Notes under the pieces: model-generated
What the model saw: only the letters and a program-made list of their open reading frames with translations
What the model was told of the DNA's origin: nothing
The model's database searches: none
Shown: one piece after another, positions 1 to 9,801 of the stretch
Numbering within the stretch: the stretch's first letter is position 1
How the letters are laid out: each line of letters opens with the position of its first letter
Program-made: the position numbers and the translations under genes
Source of the DNA: a virus
Direction: 5' to 3' (one strand)
IMG/VR virus record: IMGVR_UViG_3300025424_000009
DNA length: 64,000 bases

Positions 1-1
1 C

Positions 2-448
2 AAAGTCCTTTTAAGATATCCTAAACTTCGTTATACCTTGATTAAAGTTCTTACGTCTCAAAAAGACCCAGGACCAATTGCAGACAAAGAGATAAAGGAT
101 ATAGTTACAGATATAAAAGCAATCTGCTATAGACCTACTACATTTAAGATTGTATTTAAGAATTCAAATTATATGGATTTAAAATACGACCCTACACCAA
201 GTATGGTTAAGAATCCTCAAGAGTATACTCCATCTGATTATTTCAGAGTGACAGTATTAGGAAAAGATTATGATTTAGGTTTAAACTCAGATTACGAGCA
301 AGCTCTAGATCAAATAGCAATTGCAATGAGCCATAACCCTATTGATACAAAAAATCCAGATTTACAAGACCAAGCTACAGAAAATGGCGAGGCACCTGAA
401 GAACCACAAGGACCTAAACCTAAAGAAGAACCTGAACCAGAAAGCTAA
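2..448 (+). CDS. hypothetical protein, 5'-truncated at window edge
   Basis: Frame of the 38..448 ORF is open back to position 2 (KVLLRYPKLRYTLIKV...); acidic/Pro-rich C-terminus. Confidence 0.75.
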   Translation, partial: KVLLRYPKLRYTLIKVLTSQKDPGPIADKEIKDIVTDIKAICYRPTTFKIVFKNSNYMDLKYDPTPSMVKNPQEYTPSDYFRVTVLGKDYDLGLNSDYEQALDQIAIAMSHNPIDTKNPDLQDQATENGEAPEEPQGPKPKEEPEPES

Positions 449-1242
449 TGAAAGATTTATACGGACAATTATTACTAAGCCTATTAGAAGTCACAGAGTA
501 TAAAATAGAATTAAAGAATGGAAAGACTATGACTAAAGTTCTATCTGATTCTGATTATAGAAATATCAAAAATTCTATAGGTACTCCAAAGGGTATAGTT
601 AAATCAATAACTCCTGTAGGTAAAGTAGAGTATTTTGATGACGAAGGGGAATTTGAAAAAAAAGAAAAGGCTTTAATAAAAGATCGTGAGAAAAAAGTTG
701 AAGATTATTATAAAAAATTTGACCCTAATTTTAAATTAAATTCTTCAGCAGAGGAGGAGTATGAAAAGCTATATCCAGGAGATGGTAGTGTAAATAAACA
801 TCTACTAAACAATTATAAAATAACACCATATGAATTAGATTTTTGTATAATAGCAGAGTTAAAAAATATTATAAAATATAAAAATCAAAATATAAATTTA
901 TCTCAGATTAGGTGCATAACTAACGACAAAGATTATAAAATAAACGAAGTACCAAAAGAATTACAAGATAGAGGTGTTAAAATTTACCCATCTGAATTTA
1001 GCTCTATTATAGAATACATTAAAAAGATTAGACATGACCTTGAAGTTATTTTAAAGGTAAATAGTGTTTTTGATAAATGTATAATTGCAGGAGCAAAAGA
1101 AGGTATACCAAAACCTTTAAATATAGATAAAAAAGATGTTCAAACATATTTAAGATATTATGAAATGAAAGATGTAAATACAATTGGTAAAGAACCTTTA
1201 TATAACTTTTTCTTAGATTATTTAAAATCAAACTTAAAATAA
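448..1242 (+). CDS. hypothetical protein (possible internal head protein)
   Basis: 264-aa ORF, start overlaps upstream stop (TAATG); no recognisable family motif. Confidence 0.7.
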   Translation: MKDLYGQLLLSLLEVTEYKIELKNGKTMTKVLSDSDYRNIKNSIGTPKGIVKSITPVGKVEYFDDEGEFEKKEKALIKDREKKVEDYYKKFDPNFKLNSSAEEEYEKLYPGDGSVNKHLLNNYKITPYELDFCIIAELKNIIKYKNQNINLSQIRCITNDKDYKINEVPKELQDRGVKIYPSEFSSIIEYIKKIRHDLEVILKVNSVFDKCIIAGAKEGIPKPLNIDKKDVQTYLRYYEMKDVNTIGKEPLYNFFLDYLKSNLK

Positions 1243-1745
1243 TGGACTTATTTAAAAAAGTATTACGTAGTGTAATATTAAAAGAAGATCAATCTTTAGA
1301 TCACCAGAAGCATCTAGAAAAAACAAAAGAAGTAACATCAGGCTCTACTACACCAGATGCAAAAGTAATGGATTCAAAATCTATTCCTATAGAACTTAAG
1401 AAATGGGTTTCAGAAGTGTCATCAGGTAAACGCCCTAGCAAATATAACATTATGACTGATATAACTTCAGTTAAATATGATGATTATTTAAACTCTCTTA
1501 CAAAAGAGATTTCTCAATTTTTCACTTTTAATGTAGATGCTAATGGCAATATGATTGGAGTAAAAAAGATAGGAGATGAGGTTGAAAGAGATGGTAGTCA
1601 AATACAATATACAGGTAATCAGCAAACATCAGGCAGCCAACATACAGGAGGTAGAGCACCTATACCTAAAAACTCTTTTTTAGCCGTTGTTCAAATATAT
1701 CAAGGTAAGTATGTATCAGTGTACATTTACGCAAATATGACATAA
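1242..1745 (+). CDS. hypothetical protein (possible internal head protein)
   Basis: 167-aa ORF coupled by TAATG overlap; N-terminal ILKE motif. Confidence 0.7.
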   Translation: MDLFKKVLRSVILKEDQSLDHQKHLEKTKEVTSGSTTPDAKVMDSKSIPIELKKWVSEVSSGKRPSKYNIMTDITSVKYDDYLNSLTKEISQFFTFNVDANGNMIGVKKIGDEVERDGSQIQYTGNQQTSGSQHTGGRAPIPKNSFLAVVQIYQGKYVSVYIYANMT

Positions 1746-1747
1746 CC

Positions 1748-2152
1748 ATGACCCCTTCCCAACTCCAATCACTTAAACAACATATAAAAGGACTTGTCCT
1801 ATATTTTAAAGAACAGGGATTTGATTTAAAACCTTATCCTAAAATTACGTTTTCAAAAGATAATAACTCTGATGACATCCTAGATAAAACAGGATATTAC
1901 AATCCAGACGAAAACGCTGTTGTTATATATATTAATGGTAGATCACCTAAAGATTGTTTAAGAACCTGTTCACACGAGTTTATACATGTACTGCAAGGCC
2001 ACAGAGGAGATTTAGACCAAGATAAGATAGGCCCTGTTTCAGATGATTACACACAAGGTTCAGAGCACCTAAAGGAAATGGAAGATGAGGCCTACCTATT
2101 AGGTAATACATTAATGAGAGGGTATACTGAGAAGCTAAAATCTTCTCTATAA
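1748..2152 (+). CDS. putative zincin-like metallopeptidase
   Basis: HEFIH (HExxH) motif with downstream E (EMEDEA) typical of zinc metalloproteases. Confidence 0.6.
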   Translation: MTPSQLQSLKQHIKGLVLYFKEQGFDLKPYPKITFSKDNNSDDILDKTGYYNPDENAVVIYINGRSPKDCLRTCSHEFIHVLQGHRGDLDQDKIGPVSDDYTQGSEHLKEMEDEAYLLGNTLMRGYTEKLKSSL

Positions 2153-2159
2153 TTTTCAC

Positions 2160-2198
2160 TATAATTTTCGTGATATTTATTATTATAGGGGTAACCTA
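2160..2198 (+). promoter_or_regulatory. extended putative late promoter element plus hairpin (copy 1)
   Basis: TATAATTTTCGTGATATTTATTATTATAGGGGTA, identical but for one G to 14701..14733; followed by TAGG/CCTA stem. Confidence 0.65.
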
Positions 2199-2216
2199 AA
2201 ATTAAATAGATATTAC

Positions 2217-2846
2217 ATGGATTTCATTAAGAAAAATTTTATAAGTGTTGTAGTTTTAATATTACTAGTATTAATTTTATTACAACGTTGTGGTGACCAT
2301 AAGGTTGAAAGTACTAAACCTACCATAACAGTTATTAGAGATACTCAATGGTATACCCATAGGGACACAATACCGATTTCATCTCCAATTCCTATAAAAA
2401 CCATTCCTTATATCCTCAAAACTAAGGATACCTTTTTCATTCCAGATACAAATTACGTAAAGCTCAGAAGTCAATTTGACTCTCTTAGAGATATGTTTTT
2501 AGCTGAGAATATATACAAGCAATCTATCAAGCAAGATAGCTCATCTGTAGATGTGACAGATACTGTATTCAAGAACAGAATACTAGGTTCTAAATACATC
2601 TTTAACCTTAAGTACCCTATCATAAAAGATTGTACCATAGTAAAAGAGCCTTACAAGCCTGTAAATCAATTGTATATAGGAGGTGCAATAGGGGGAGGTA
2701 AATTAAACTTAGTTAATTCTGTAGAGACAGGACTTATTTATAAAACAAAATCAGATAAACTATTCCAAGGAAAGGTTAACATAGACCTCAACGGAAACGT
2801 GACTTATGGGGTAGGTACATATTGGAAATTATCTTTGAAGAAATAG
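2217..2846 (+). CDS. putative lipoprotein / membrane protein (spanin-like candidate)
   Basis: N-terminal KK plus hydrophobic helix ending in LLQRC; Gly/aromatic beta-strand-like C-terminus (YGVGTYWKL). Confidence 0.55.
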   Translation: MDFIKKNFISVVVLILLVLILLQRCGDHKVESTKPTITVIRDTQWYTHRDTIPISSPIPIKTIPYILKTKDTFFIPDTNYVKLRSQFDSLRDMFLAENIYKQSIKQDSSSVDVTDTVFKNRILGSKYIFNLKYPIIKDCTIVKEPYKPVNQLYIGGAIGGGKLNLVNSVETGLIYKTKSDKLFQGKVNIDLNGNVTYGVGTYWKLSLKK

Positions 2847-3617
2847 ATGGTAAAAGGGTTAGATAATCAGTCAGAGTTTAAAAAATGTTCTAAATCATTT
2901 GAATATTTCCTACTTAATCACTGGAGGGTAATGACTTATTGTCACAGAATAGAGACTATCACCCCAAATAGGTACCAAATTCACATAGCAAGGCTTATAT
3001 CTCAAGTAAAAGAGATACTTATAAATACAGCCAGACAAATGGGGATAACAACAATTCTAGTTGCCTACTCAGCTTGGCTGATAACATTTAAACCTAATCA
3101 GATTATTGTCGTAACCAGTATTTCAGATACAGTAGCAAAAGAGTTTTTAGATAAATTTCTATATTCGTATGGTAAATTACCAGTATATGATTTTATAGAA
3201 CAACAAAAGCCCTTCTTTATAAGGTTTAAAAATGGTTCAGAGTTACATATAATAAGCCCTACTGCAAATGTACCCAATAATATTAAACTGGCAATTATAG
3301 ATAATGCAGACTTCATATCTAATTTACTAAATATCCAAGAAAAGATGTTAAATAATCTTAATGAAGATGGGTGTCTTATTACTGCATCTACTATATTTCA
3401 TGATTCTGAATTTTTAAAACAATGTGTAGATGCTAGAGATAATTATTCAGATGCAGAATATATAGAAATAAAAAGTGACATAACACAACGCAAAACAGGA
3501 AGATGGTTTGAAAAGAAAGTGATAAAAAATGGAAAATTAAAAGCAAAGGTAGAAACCTCTCCTCAATATTATATTGAAAATAATGAATTAAAACACATAA
3601 ACAATTACGAGGATTAA
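2847..3617 (+). CDS. truncated terminase large-subunit ATPase-domain paralog
   Basis: Aligns by eye to the N-half of 3751..5391 (EYFLL/EYFIL, TARQMGITT/KSRQLGITT, IIDNADF/IYDEFAF, TAST/LST); no nuclease domain. Confidence 0.7.
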   Translation: MVKGLDNQSEFKKCSKSFEYFLLNHWRVMTYCHRIETITPNRYQIHIARLISQVKEILINTARQMGITTILVAYSAWLITFKPNQIIVVTSISDTVAKEFLDKFLYSYGKLPVYDFIEQQKPFFIRFKNGSELHIISPTANVPNNIKLAIIDNADFISNLLNIQEKMLNNLNEDGCLITASTIFHDSEFLKQCVDARDNYSDAEYIEIKSDITQRKTGRWFEKKVIKNGKLKAKVETSPQYYIENNELKHINNYED

Positions 3618-3767
3618 GTGGGAAGACTAAAGATATACAAAACAGAGGAAGAAGCTAAAAATGCTAAGAACGCAGCTACTAAAAGGTGGTACGAGCGTAA
3701 CAAAGAAGAAGTAGATAAAAAGGCACGAGAAAAATACCATAAAAGCAAAAATGGCAAAGGCAACTAG
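3618..3767 (+). CDS. small basic protein (49 aa, MGRLKIYKTEEE...), paralog of 53972..54139
   Basis: GTG-started ORF read manually; fills the gap between the two terminase-like genes and overlaps the TerL start. Confidence 0.65.
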   Translation: MGRLKIYKTEEEAKNAKNAATKRWYERNKEEVDKKAREKYHKSKNGKGN

Positions 3768-5391
3768 AAAAGTAAATACACCAGTGACGGAGACTCCCTC
3801 AGCAAGACCTGTCAACCTGAAGGAGATAGCTTTATCAGAGTATAAAAAATGTTTAGAATCCCCTGAATATTTCATACTTACCTATGTATGGATACAAACT
3901 ACAGTCGGGGGTAGAAGTAAATTCAAGCTGTATCCTTTCCAAAGAAAGCTTCTTTACTTATTACACACCCGTGATAGGATTATTGTATTAAAGAGTCGGC
4001 AGCTAGGTATTACTACTTTATGTGCTGCATATGCATTATGGTTATTCTTGTTTAAAAATGACTCCTCTATACTATGTATGGCTCCCACTACCAATACGGC
4101 CAAGGCTGTAATGGATAAGTTTAAGTTTGCATATACAGAATTACCTAAATGGATGATTGAACTTTCTAACTCTGCCACCCAAGAAGAGAATCAAAAGAAG
4201 GTGGTAGGATTAAATGGCTCTAAGATTGAGGTTATATCTGGAGCAAAAAATTCACCAAGAGGTAAAACGGCATCTTTTCTTATCTATGATGAGTTTGCAT
4301 TCGTAGAGGATGATTTAGAAAGCTACGCTGCTGCCCAACAAACATTAGCTACAGGGGGAAAGTGTATAGTCCTTTCGACTCCTTTTGGATCCGAGAACAA
4401 GTTCGCTGATTTGTACTCCGAAGCAGAGCTAGGTAATAATGAATATCTTCCAATTAAATTAGATTGGACAGTACACCCTGACAGAGACCAAGCTTGGAGA
4501 GATGCACAAGAAAAAGAATTAGGTAAAAGACTTGCAAGTCAAGAGTGTGATGGGCTTTTGATTTCATCTGGTAATACATATTTTGAATCGGAAGACTTAG
4601 ATTGGGTAAAAGATAACTTAGAAGACCCTATACAATATAGAGAAAGAGATAACTCTTTTTGGATATGGAAATTTCCAGAAGAGGTAGTCAACTGTGCTGT
4701 TATTGTAGATACGGCTAGGGGTGATGGATTAGACTTTTCAACACTACAAGTAATAGACCTTCTTACAGGAGAGCAAGTAGCCGAATACATGGGAGATAGG
4801 GGACCTAAAGAACTGGCTCAATTTGCAGTATCAATATGTATAGAATATAACAGTGCCTTACTTATAGTGGAAAACACAGGTATAGGTAATACTACTTGCA
4901 GTTACGTAACTGATTTAGGTTATAAAAATGTATACAAGTCTTTAAAAGGTGATACAACTAATGTTAGCCAGTATTTGAATAAATACCAAGATGATGATAA
5001 GATGACTCCTGGATTTACTACATCTACAACTACAAGATTACCTATGCTTGATTCATTAAGGGTAGCAGTTGAAGAAAAAGCTATAAAGATAAGGTCAAAA
5101 AGACTTTACACTCAAATGAGATCTTTTATCTGGAAAGGCCCTAAACCAACAGCTAAATCAGGTTCTAATGATGACTTACTTATTCCACTTGCAATAGGTA
5201 CATACCTAAGAGGTACAGCACTCATCTATGCAGCTAACAGTGAAGAAATGCAAAGAGCATGTCTAGGAGGTATCAGAATGGTAACCCCCAAACCTGTTTA
5301 CAGTAATAGAAATATACAAAATACTCATTATATGATGCCTAATCCCGTAACAGGAGAGATGGAAGATTACAGTTGGGTATTAAATAGTTAA
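3751..5391 (+). CDS. terL: terminase large subunit (T4 gp17-like)
   Basis: LYPFQ Q-motif, KSRQLGITT Walker A region, IYDEFAF Walker B, VDTARGDGLDFS and NDDLLI RNase H-like nuclease motifs. Confidence 0.93.
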   Translation: MAKATRKVNTPVTETPSARPVNLKEIALSEYKKCLESPEYFILTYVWIQTTVGGRSKFKLYPFQRKLLYLLHTRDRIIVLKSRQLGITTLCAAYALWLFLFKNDSSILCMAPTTNTAKAVMDKFKFAYTELPKWMIELSNSATQEENQKKVVGLNGSKIEVISGAKNSPRGKTASFLIYDEFAFVEDDLESYAAAQQTLATGGKCIVLSTPFGSENKFADLYSEAELGNNEYLPIKLDWTVHPDRDQAWRDAQEKELGKRLASQECDGLLISSGNTYFESEDLDWVKDNLEDPIQYRERDNSFWIWKFPEEVVNCAVIVDTARGDGLDFSTLQVIDLLTGEQVAEYMGDRGPKELAQFAVSICIEYNSALLIVENTGIGNTTCSYVTDLGYKNVYKSLKGDTTNVSQYLNKYQDDDKMTPGFTTSTTTRLPMLDSLRVAVEEKAIKIRSKRLYTQMRSFIWKGPKPTAKSGSNDDLLIPLAIGTYLRGTALIYAANSEEMQRACLGGIRMVTPKPVYSNRNIQNTHYMMPNPVTGEMEDYSWVLNS

Positions 5392-5398
5392 TCACATT

Positions 5399-5406
5399 AT
5401 ATTTAT
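5399..5406 (+). promoter_or_regulatory. putative late promoter core ATATTTAT
   Basis: Recurrent intergenic motif; 4 nt upstream of portal ATG. Confidence 0.55.
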
Positions 5407-5410
5407 AATC

Positions 5411-8400
5411 ATGAGCAATAAAGCTTTATTTGCACAATTAAAACAAAAGTTTACCACTGACACTGTAATCAAAAGGGCAGGAGGTAAGTATTTAAAAGTA
5501 TCCGATTTTAATGGAATACAAGCCTTTGGTAATCTTCAGCAAAATACACTAGCTAATAGATATACAAGATTATACTCAAATAATGCTTTAGTTCAACCTG
5601 GAATAGGTTATGGAATGCAAGCAACTAGAGCTCAATTATATATGGACTACGAAGCTATGGATTTAGATGCATTAGTAGGTCCTGCTTTAGATATATTATG
5701 TGAAGAGGCTACTCAGGTGAATGAAATGAATAATGAGGTATTATCTATAAGATCATCTTCTGAGAATATTCAAGACGAATTATACAACCTATTCTACAAT
5801 GTTTTGAACATAGAATTCAATCTACCAATGTGGATAAGAGGAATGACAAAATTTGGAGATTTTTTTCTTCTATTACGTTTATCTGACCAGTTTGGAGTAT
5901 ATGGAGCCAGACCCTTATCTGTTTATGAAATAACCAGAGAAGAAGGGTTAGATGCTAATAACGGAGATTACATTAGATTTATACAAGACCCAGGAGCTAT
6001 TACAGGTGGTGTAAGTTCTATAGGTCAATCAAGGAACCATAGAGTATATGAAAACTATGAAGTAGCTCATTTTAGATTAATAAAAGATGCTAGTTTCCTT
6101 CCTTATGGAAAATGTTTAAAAGGTAATTCTTATATAGAAACTGAGTTTGGAGTAAAAACTATTGATAAAATAGAAGAAGGAGATAAAGTCTGGTCTTATA
6201 ATGTAGATAGTGATAGTTATGAGTTAACTACAGTATTAAAGCAAATATGTTCAGGGGAGAAAGAAATATTTAAAGTGTCTACTAAAAACAATTTTATAGA
6301 AGGTAGTGCAGAACACCCTGTACTTGTATTTTCAGAAGGAGAATTGAAATATAAGCAAATCCAAGATCTTAGTATAAAAGATTTATTAGCTATTACGGAT
6401 TATCAATTTAAACAAGTTAATCCTGACAGTAAGTTAAATAAAGATGTATCTAAAGAGAATAAGAAAAATGGTTGGCAAAAAGGATTGGAGTTTATTCCAG
6501 AAGTATATGAAGAAGATTTTGCAAGATTATTTGGATTTTTATTAGGAGATGGTTGGACTTCAAAAGCATGTGTTGCTTTTGCACAAGGGGTACATGATGA
6601 TAATAATCAAAAATATAAAGATTTACTACAAAAGTATTCTGGTAAAGTTTGCGGAGAGCATAATAGGAAGATAACAAATACAAATATAGCTTCACAAGCT
6701 TATAGTCATTCTAAAGCTCTTAAAGTAGTGCTTATAAACAATGGGTTTGTAGGTAAAGCAAAAACTAAAAGATTTCCTTCTTGGATATACGAACAACCTG
6801 AAAATGTACAACTAGCTTTTATAGAAGGGTTAGTAGATGCAGACGGAGCTATATTTACTGATAGATGGAATTGTAATAGATATACAGTAGAATTAGCTAA
6901 TAAAGAAATGTTAGGAGATTTAAAAGTTTTATTGCAAAGGTTAAAGATAAAATCAGGTAAAATACAAAAAAGAAAACCAAGGACTACTGTAGTATTTGGT
7001 GATAAAATTTATGATAAAAATGAGTCATACATTCTAACATTTTATACAGATGGTAAAAAGGTAGCTCAAGCTAAAAAACATAAACAAGAGGGTATTCAAA
7101 ATGTCATTTTAGAGCCTATTGTAGCAATTGAGCAGTCTGGTAAGGATTTAACTTATGATATATACGTAGAGTCTGAAAATCACAATTTTATTGCTAATGG
7201 AATAATTGTACATAACTCTTACCTCGAAAACGGGCGTAAATTATTTAAGGCTTACACTATGATGGAGGATGCTGCGGTAACACATCGTGTAACTAAATCT
7301 GCTGAAAAAAGAATTTTTTATTACAATGTAGGAAATCTACCACCTAATGAGGTAGATGCAATGATGCAAAAACATATATCTAGTCAGAAGAGGAGTCCTT
7401 TATTTGATCATAAAACAGGTCAGTTTGATTACAAGTTTAATATAATGAACTTGATGGAAGATTTTCACATCCCTGTCAGAAATGGTGATAATCTTACCCG
7501 TATTGAAACAGCAAAAGGGCTGGAGTATACAGGTATGGATGATATGAATTATTTCATAAATAAAATGTTTTCTGCCCTTAAAATACCTAAGGCATACCTT
7601 AATTATTCAGATGAATTGAATGGTAAGTGCCTACATCCAGACACTAAAATACCTTTGCTTAATGGTACTGAAAAAACTATAAAGGAAATATCTGATTTAT
7701 TTGAGACAGAAGAAAATGTTAATCTTTGGGTATATTCATATGACAAGGAGACTAATTCAATTATACCAGGTAAAGTAGTTAAAGCAGAAAAAACAAGACG
7801 TGATGCTAAACTAGTAAAGGTTACTCTAGATAATGGAGAAAGCTTAATAACAACCCCAGACCACGGTTTTGTCAGAAGAGGGGGAGAAAGAGTAGAAGCT
7901 CAAGAGTTGAAAGAAGGAGATTCTTTACAAGCAGTTTATAGGAAATTTGAAAAATTAAGAAATAATCAAAATGATTATGAACATGTTTACCAACCTAATT
8001 TAGATAAATGGGTTCTTACTCATAAAATGGTTGATGAGTACTTTAATGGTAAATTAGAGAAGAATGGATTTAATGATGAAGGTAAGTTTAAAAGAGATGA
8101 TTTAGTTGTAGTGCATCATAAAGATTTTAATAGATATAATAATCAACCTGATAACCTACAGAGATGTACTTATAGGGAACATTCAGCTATACATGTAGCT
8201 AATGCTGAAAAAGGTATTTGGTCTGATAAATCAAAAGAGAAATCTAAAGCTACTAAGCAAGGAGAGGAGTATAGAAAGAAAGCTTCTGAAATAGGTAAAG
8301 TTAATATGGCAAAACAGTGTGAAAAAGATCCTGAATCAAAGAATAGATTAAGAAATGCTTGGTTATCTTTATCATTTGAAGAAAAGAGTAAAATTGCAAT

Positions 8401-9766
8401 AGAAAAAGTAACTGAAAGTACAAGAGAAAAACTAAGAGCTACTGCAAATAGAACTTTAGAAAAGAGATTGCCTATAATGCAAGAAGCTCGGAGAAGGTGG
8501 GCAGAAGCTAATCCAGATTTTAATAGGGGTAGTAATAGTTATAGATGGATAGAAAGACCTTCAGTAGATTATATAAAGAGTTTTGTACAAAATTATGAAG
8601 GTGATAAATCTGAAATAAACGGGAGAGAAAAACTTGCTGAAAAATTAGGATTTGGTGAAAGGGTACTAAGAGAGATTCTTGCAAAGGAAGGTAGGGATAT
8701 TGTTGAATTTTTAAATGAATATATTGGATTTATAAAAGGTAGGAAGTTAAATATTAACAAAGATGCCTTGATAGAAAAATTACAAGGATATGAATCAGTT
8801 GAGGATTTTTGTAAACAATATAATTTTAAAACTAAATCAGTAAGAATATTAGAAAAAATATTAGGTGAACCTTTAGCAAATCATGTATGTAAAACTTATA
8901 ATCACAAGGTAGTATCAGTAGAGTTTTTAGATTATACTTCAGATACATATAATATGGAGGTTTATGATAAAAATGAAAATCATAACTTTCTTACAAGTGC
9001 TGGCGTTATAATAAAAAATTCCACGCTATCAGGTTTAAGTTTAAGTTGGTCTCGCCAGATTGAATATGTACAAAGAATGGCCATTGCACAGCTTCAAAAG
9101 ATAGCTCAAGTGCACCTTACCCTACTTGGATATGAAGATTCAGATTTAGCTAATTTTGATATAACACTTGCTAGACCTTCTATACTTCATGAGCAAGAAC
9201 GTATAGCATTATTGAAAGAAAAAGTAGACCTTGCCAACCAAATGCAAGAGAAAAATTTCATGTCAACTGATTGGGTATATGATAACATCTTCCAAATGAG
9301 TGAAGATCAAATAAACCGAGAAAGAGGTTTGATAGCTGAAGATGCTAAACGTAAATTTAGATACACTCAAATTGAACAAGAAGGTAATGACCCTTCTATA
9401 TCCGGAGTATCTTACGGTACACCACATGATTTAGCATCTATTTATAAAAATAATGCATCTGGACCTGAAGATGTACCTAGTGGTTATGATGAAAAGAAGG
9501 TAGTAGGCAGACCTGTTACACATCATTCTATATACAATACAGATAAATCCCCTGAAGGAAGAGATCCTTTAGGTAAAAAAGATATGAAGGATACATATAA
9601 AAAGGATAGTCTAAAACCTAATCCCCGTAAAGGTATGTATAATGAAGGATTAAGTAGAAAAGACTTAGATAAAATAAGACCAGGCAAGAAGATTAAACTG
9701 TACGAAGAGGTAGAAACTAAAGAACTCTCTATACTAGATGAAAGAAATTTATCAGAGAGTGAATAA
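5411..9766 (+). CDS. portal protein (T4 gp20-like) containing two inteins; 619 aa after splicing
   Basis: YEAMDLD, KFGDFFL, LPYG(K)/SYLE, MMEDA..HR..KSAEKRIFY.NVGNLPP, MEDFHIPVRNG, ALKIPKAYL motifs; position after terL. Confidence 0.92.
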   Translation: MSNKALFAQLKQKFTTDTVIKRAGGKYLKVSDFNGIQAFGNLQQNTLANRYTRLYSNNALVQPGIGYGMQATRAQLYMDYEAMDLDALVGPALDILCEEATQVNEMNNEVLSIRSSSENIQDELYNLFYNVLNIEFNLPMWIRGMTKFGDFFLLLRLSDQFGVYGARPLSVYEITREEGLDANNGDYIRFIQDPGAITGGVSSIGQSRNHRVYENYEVAHFRLIKDASFLPYGKCLKGNSYIETEFGVKTIDKIEEGDKVWSYNVDSDSYELTTVLKQICSGEKEIFKVSTKNNFIEGSAEHPVLVFSEGELKYKQIQDLSIKDLLAITDYQFKQVNPDSKLNKDVSKENKKNGWQKGLEFIPEVYEEDFARLFGFLLGDGWTSKACVAFAQGVHDDNNQKYKDLLQKYSGKVCGEHNRKITNTNIASQAYSHSKALKVVLINNGFVGKAKTKRFPSWIYEQPENVQLAFIEGLVDADGAIFTDRWNCNRYTVELANKEMLGDLKVLLQRLKIKSGKIQKRKPRTTVVFGDKIYDKNESYILTFYTDGKKVAQAKKHKQEGIQNVILEPIVAIEQSGKDLTYDIYVESENHNFIANGIIVHNSYLENGRKLFKAYTMMEDAAVTHRVTKSAEKRIFYYNVGNLPPNEVDAMMQKHISSQKRSPLFDHKTGQFDYKFNIMNLMEDFHIPVRNGDNLTRIETAKGLEYTGMDDMNYFINKMFSALKIPKAYLNYSDELNGKCLHPDTKIPLLNGTEKTIKEISDLFETEENVNLWVYSYDKETNSIIPGKVVKAEKTRRDAKLVKVTLDNGESLITTPDHGFVRRGGERVEAQELKEGDSLQAVYRKFEKLRNNQNDYEHVYQPNLDKWVLTHKMVDEYFNGKLEKNGFNDEGKFKRDDLVVVHHKDFNRYNNQPDNLQRCTYREHSAIHVANAEKGIWSDKSKEKSKATKQGEEYRKKASEIGKVNMAKQCEKDPESKNRLRNAWLSLSFEEKSKIAIEKVTESTREKLRATANRTLEKRLPIMQEARRRWAEANPDFNRGSNSYRWIERPSVDYIKSFVQNYEGDKSEINGREKLAEKLGFGERVLREILAKEGRDIVEFLNEYIGFIKGRKLNINKDALIEKLQGYESVEDFCKQYNFKTKSVRILEKILGEPLANHVCKTYNHKVVSVEFLDYTSDTYNMEVYDKNENHNFLTSAGVIIKNSTLSGLSLSWSRQIEYVQRMAIAQLQKIAQVHLTLLGYEDSDLANFDITLARPSILHEQERIALLKEKVDLANQMQEKNFMSTDWVYDNIFQMSEDQINRERGLIAEDAKRKFRYTQIEQEGNDPSISGVSYGTPHDLASIYKNNASGPEDVPSGYDEKKVVGRPVTHHSIYNTDKSPEGRDPLGKKDMKDTYKKDSLKPNPRKGMYNEGLSRKDLDKIRPGKKIKLYEEVETKELSILDERNLSESE
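6113..7216 (+). mobile_element. intein 1 in portal (368 aa) with LAGLIDADG homing endonuclease
   Basis: Starts CLKGNSYI, ends GIIVHN followed by Ser; FGFLLGDG and FIEGLVDADG motifs; removal restores LPYGK-SYLE. Confidence 0.92.
7628..9019 (+). mobile_element. intein 2 in portal (464 aa) with HNH endonuclease
   Basis: Starts CLHPDTKI, block B ITTPDHGF, ends GVIIKN followed by Ser; VHHKDFNRYNNQPDNL HNH motif; removal restores LNGK-STLS. Confidence 0.9.
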
Positions 9767-9769
9767 TTG

Positions 9770-9777
9770 ATATTTAT
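9770..9777 (+). promoter_or_regulatory. putative late promoter core ATATTTAT
   Basis: Intergenic, between portal stop and 9802 start. Confidence 0.55.
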
Positions 9778-9801
9778 TAAATATAGTTAAACTTATAAGC
9801 C

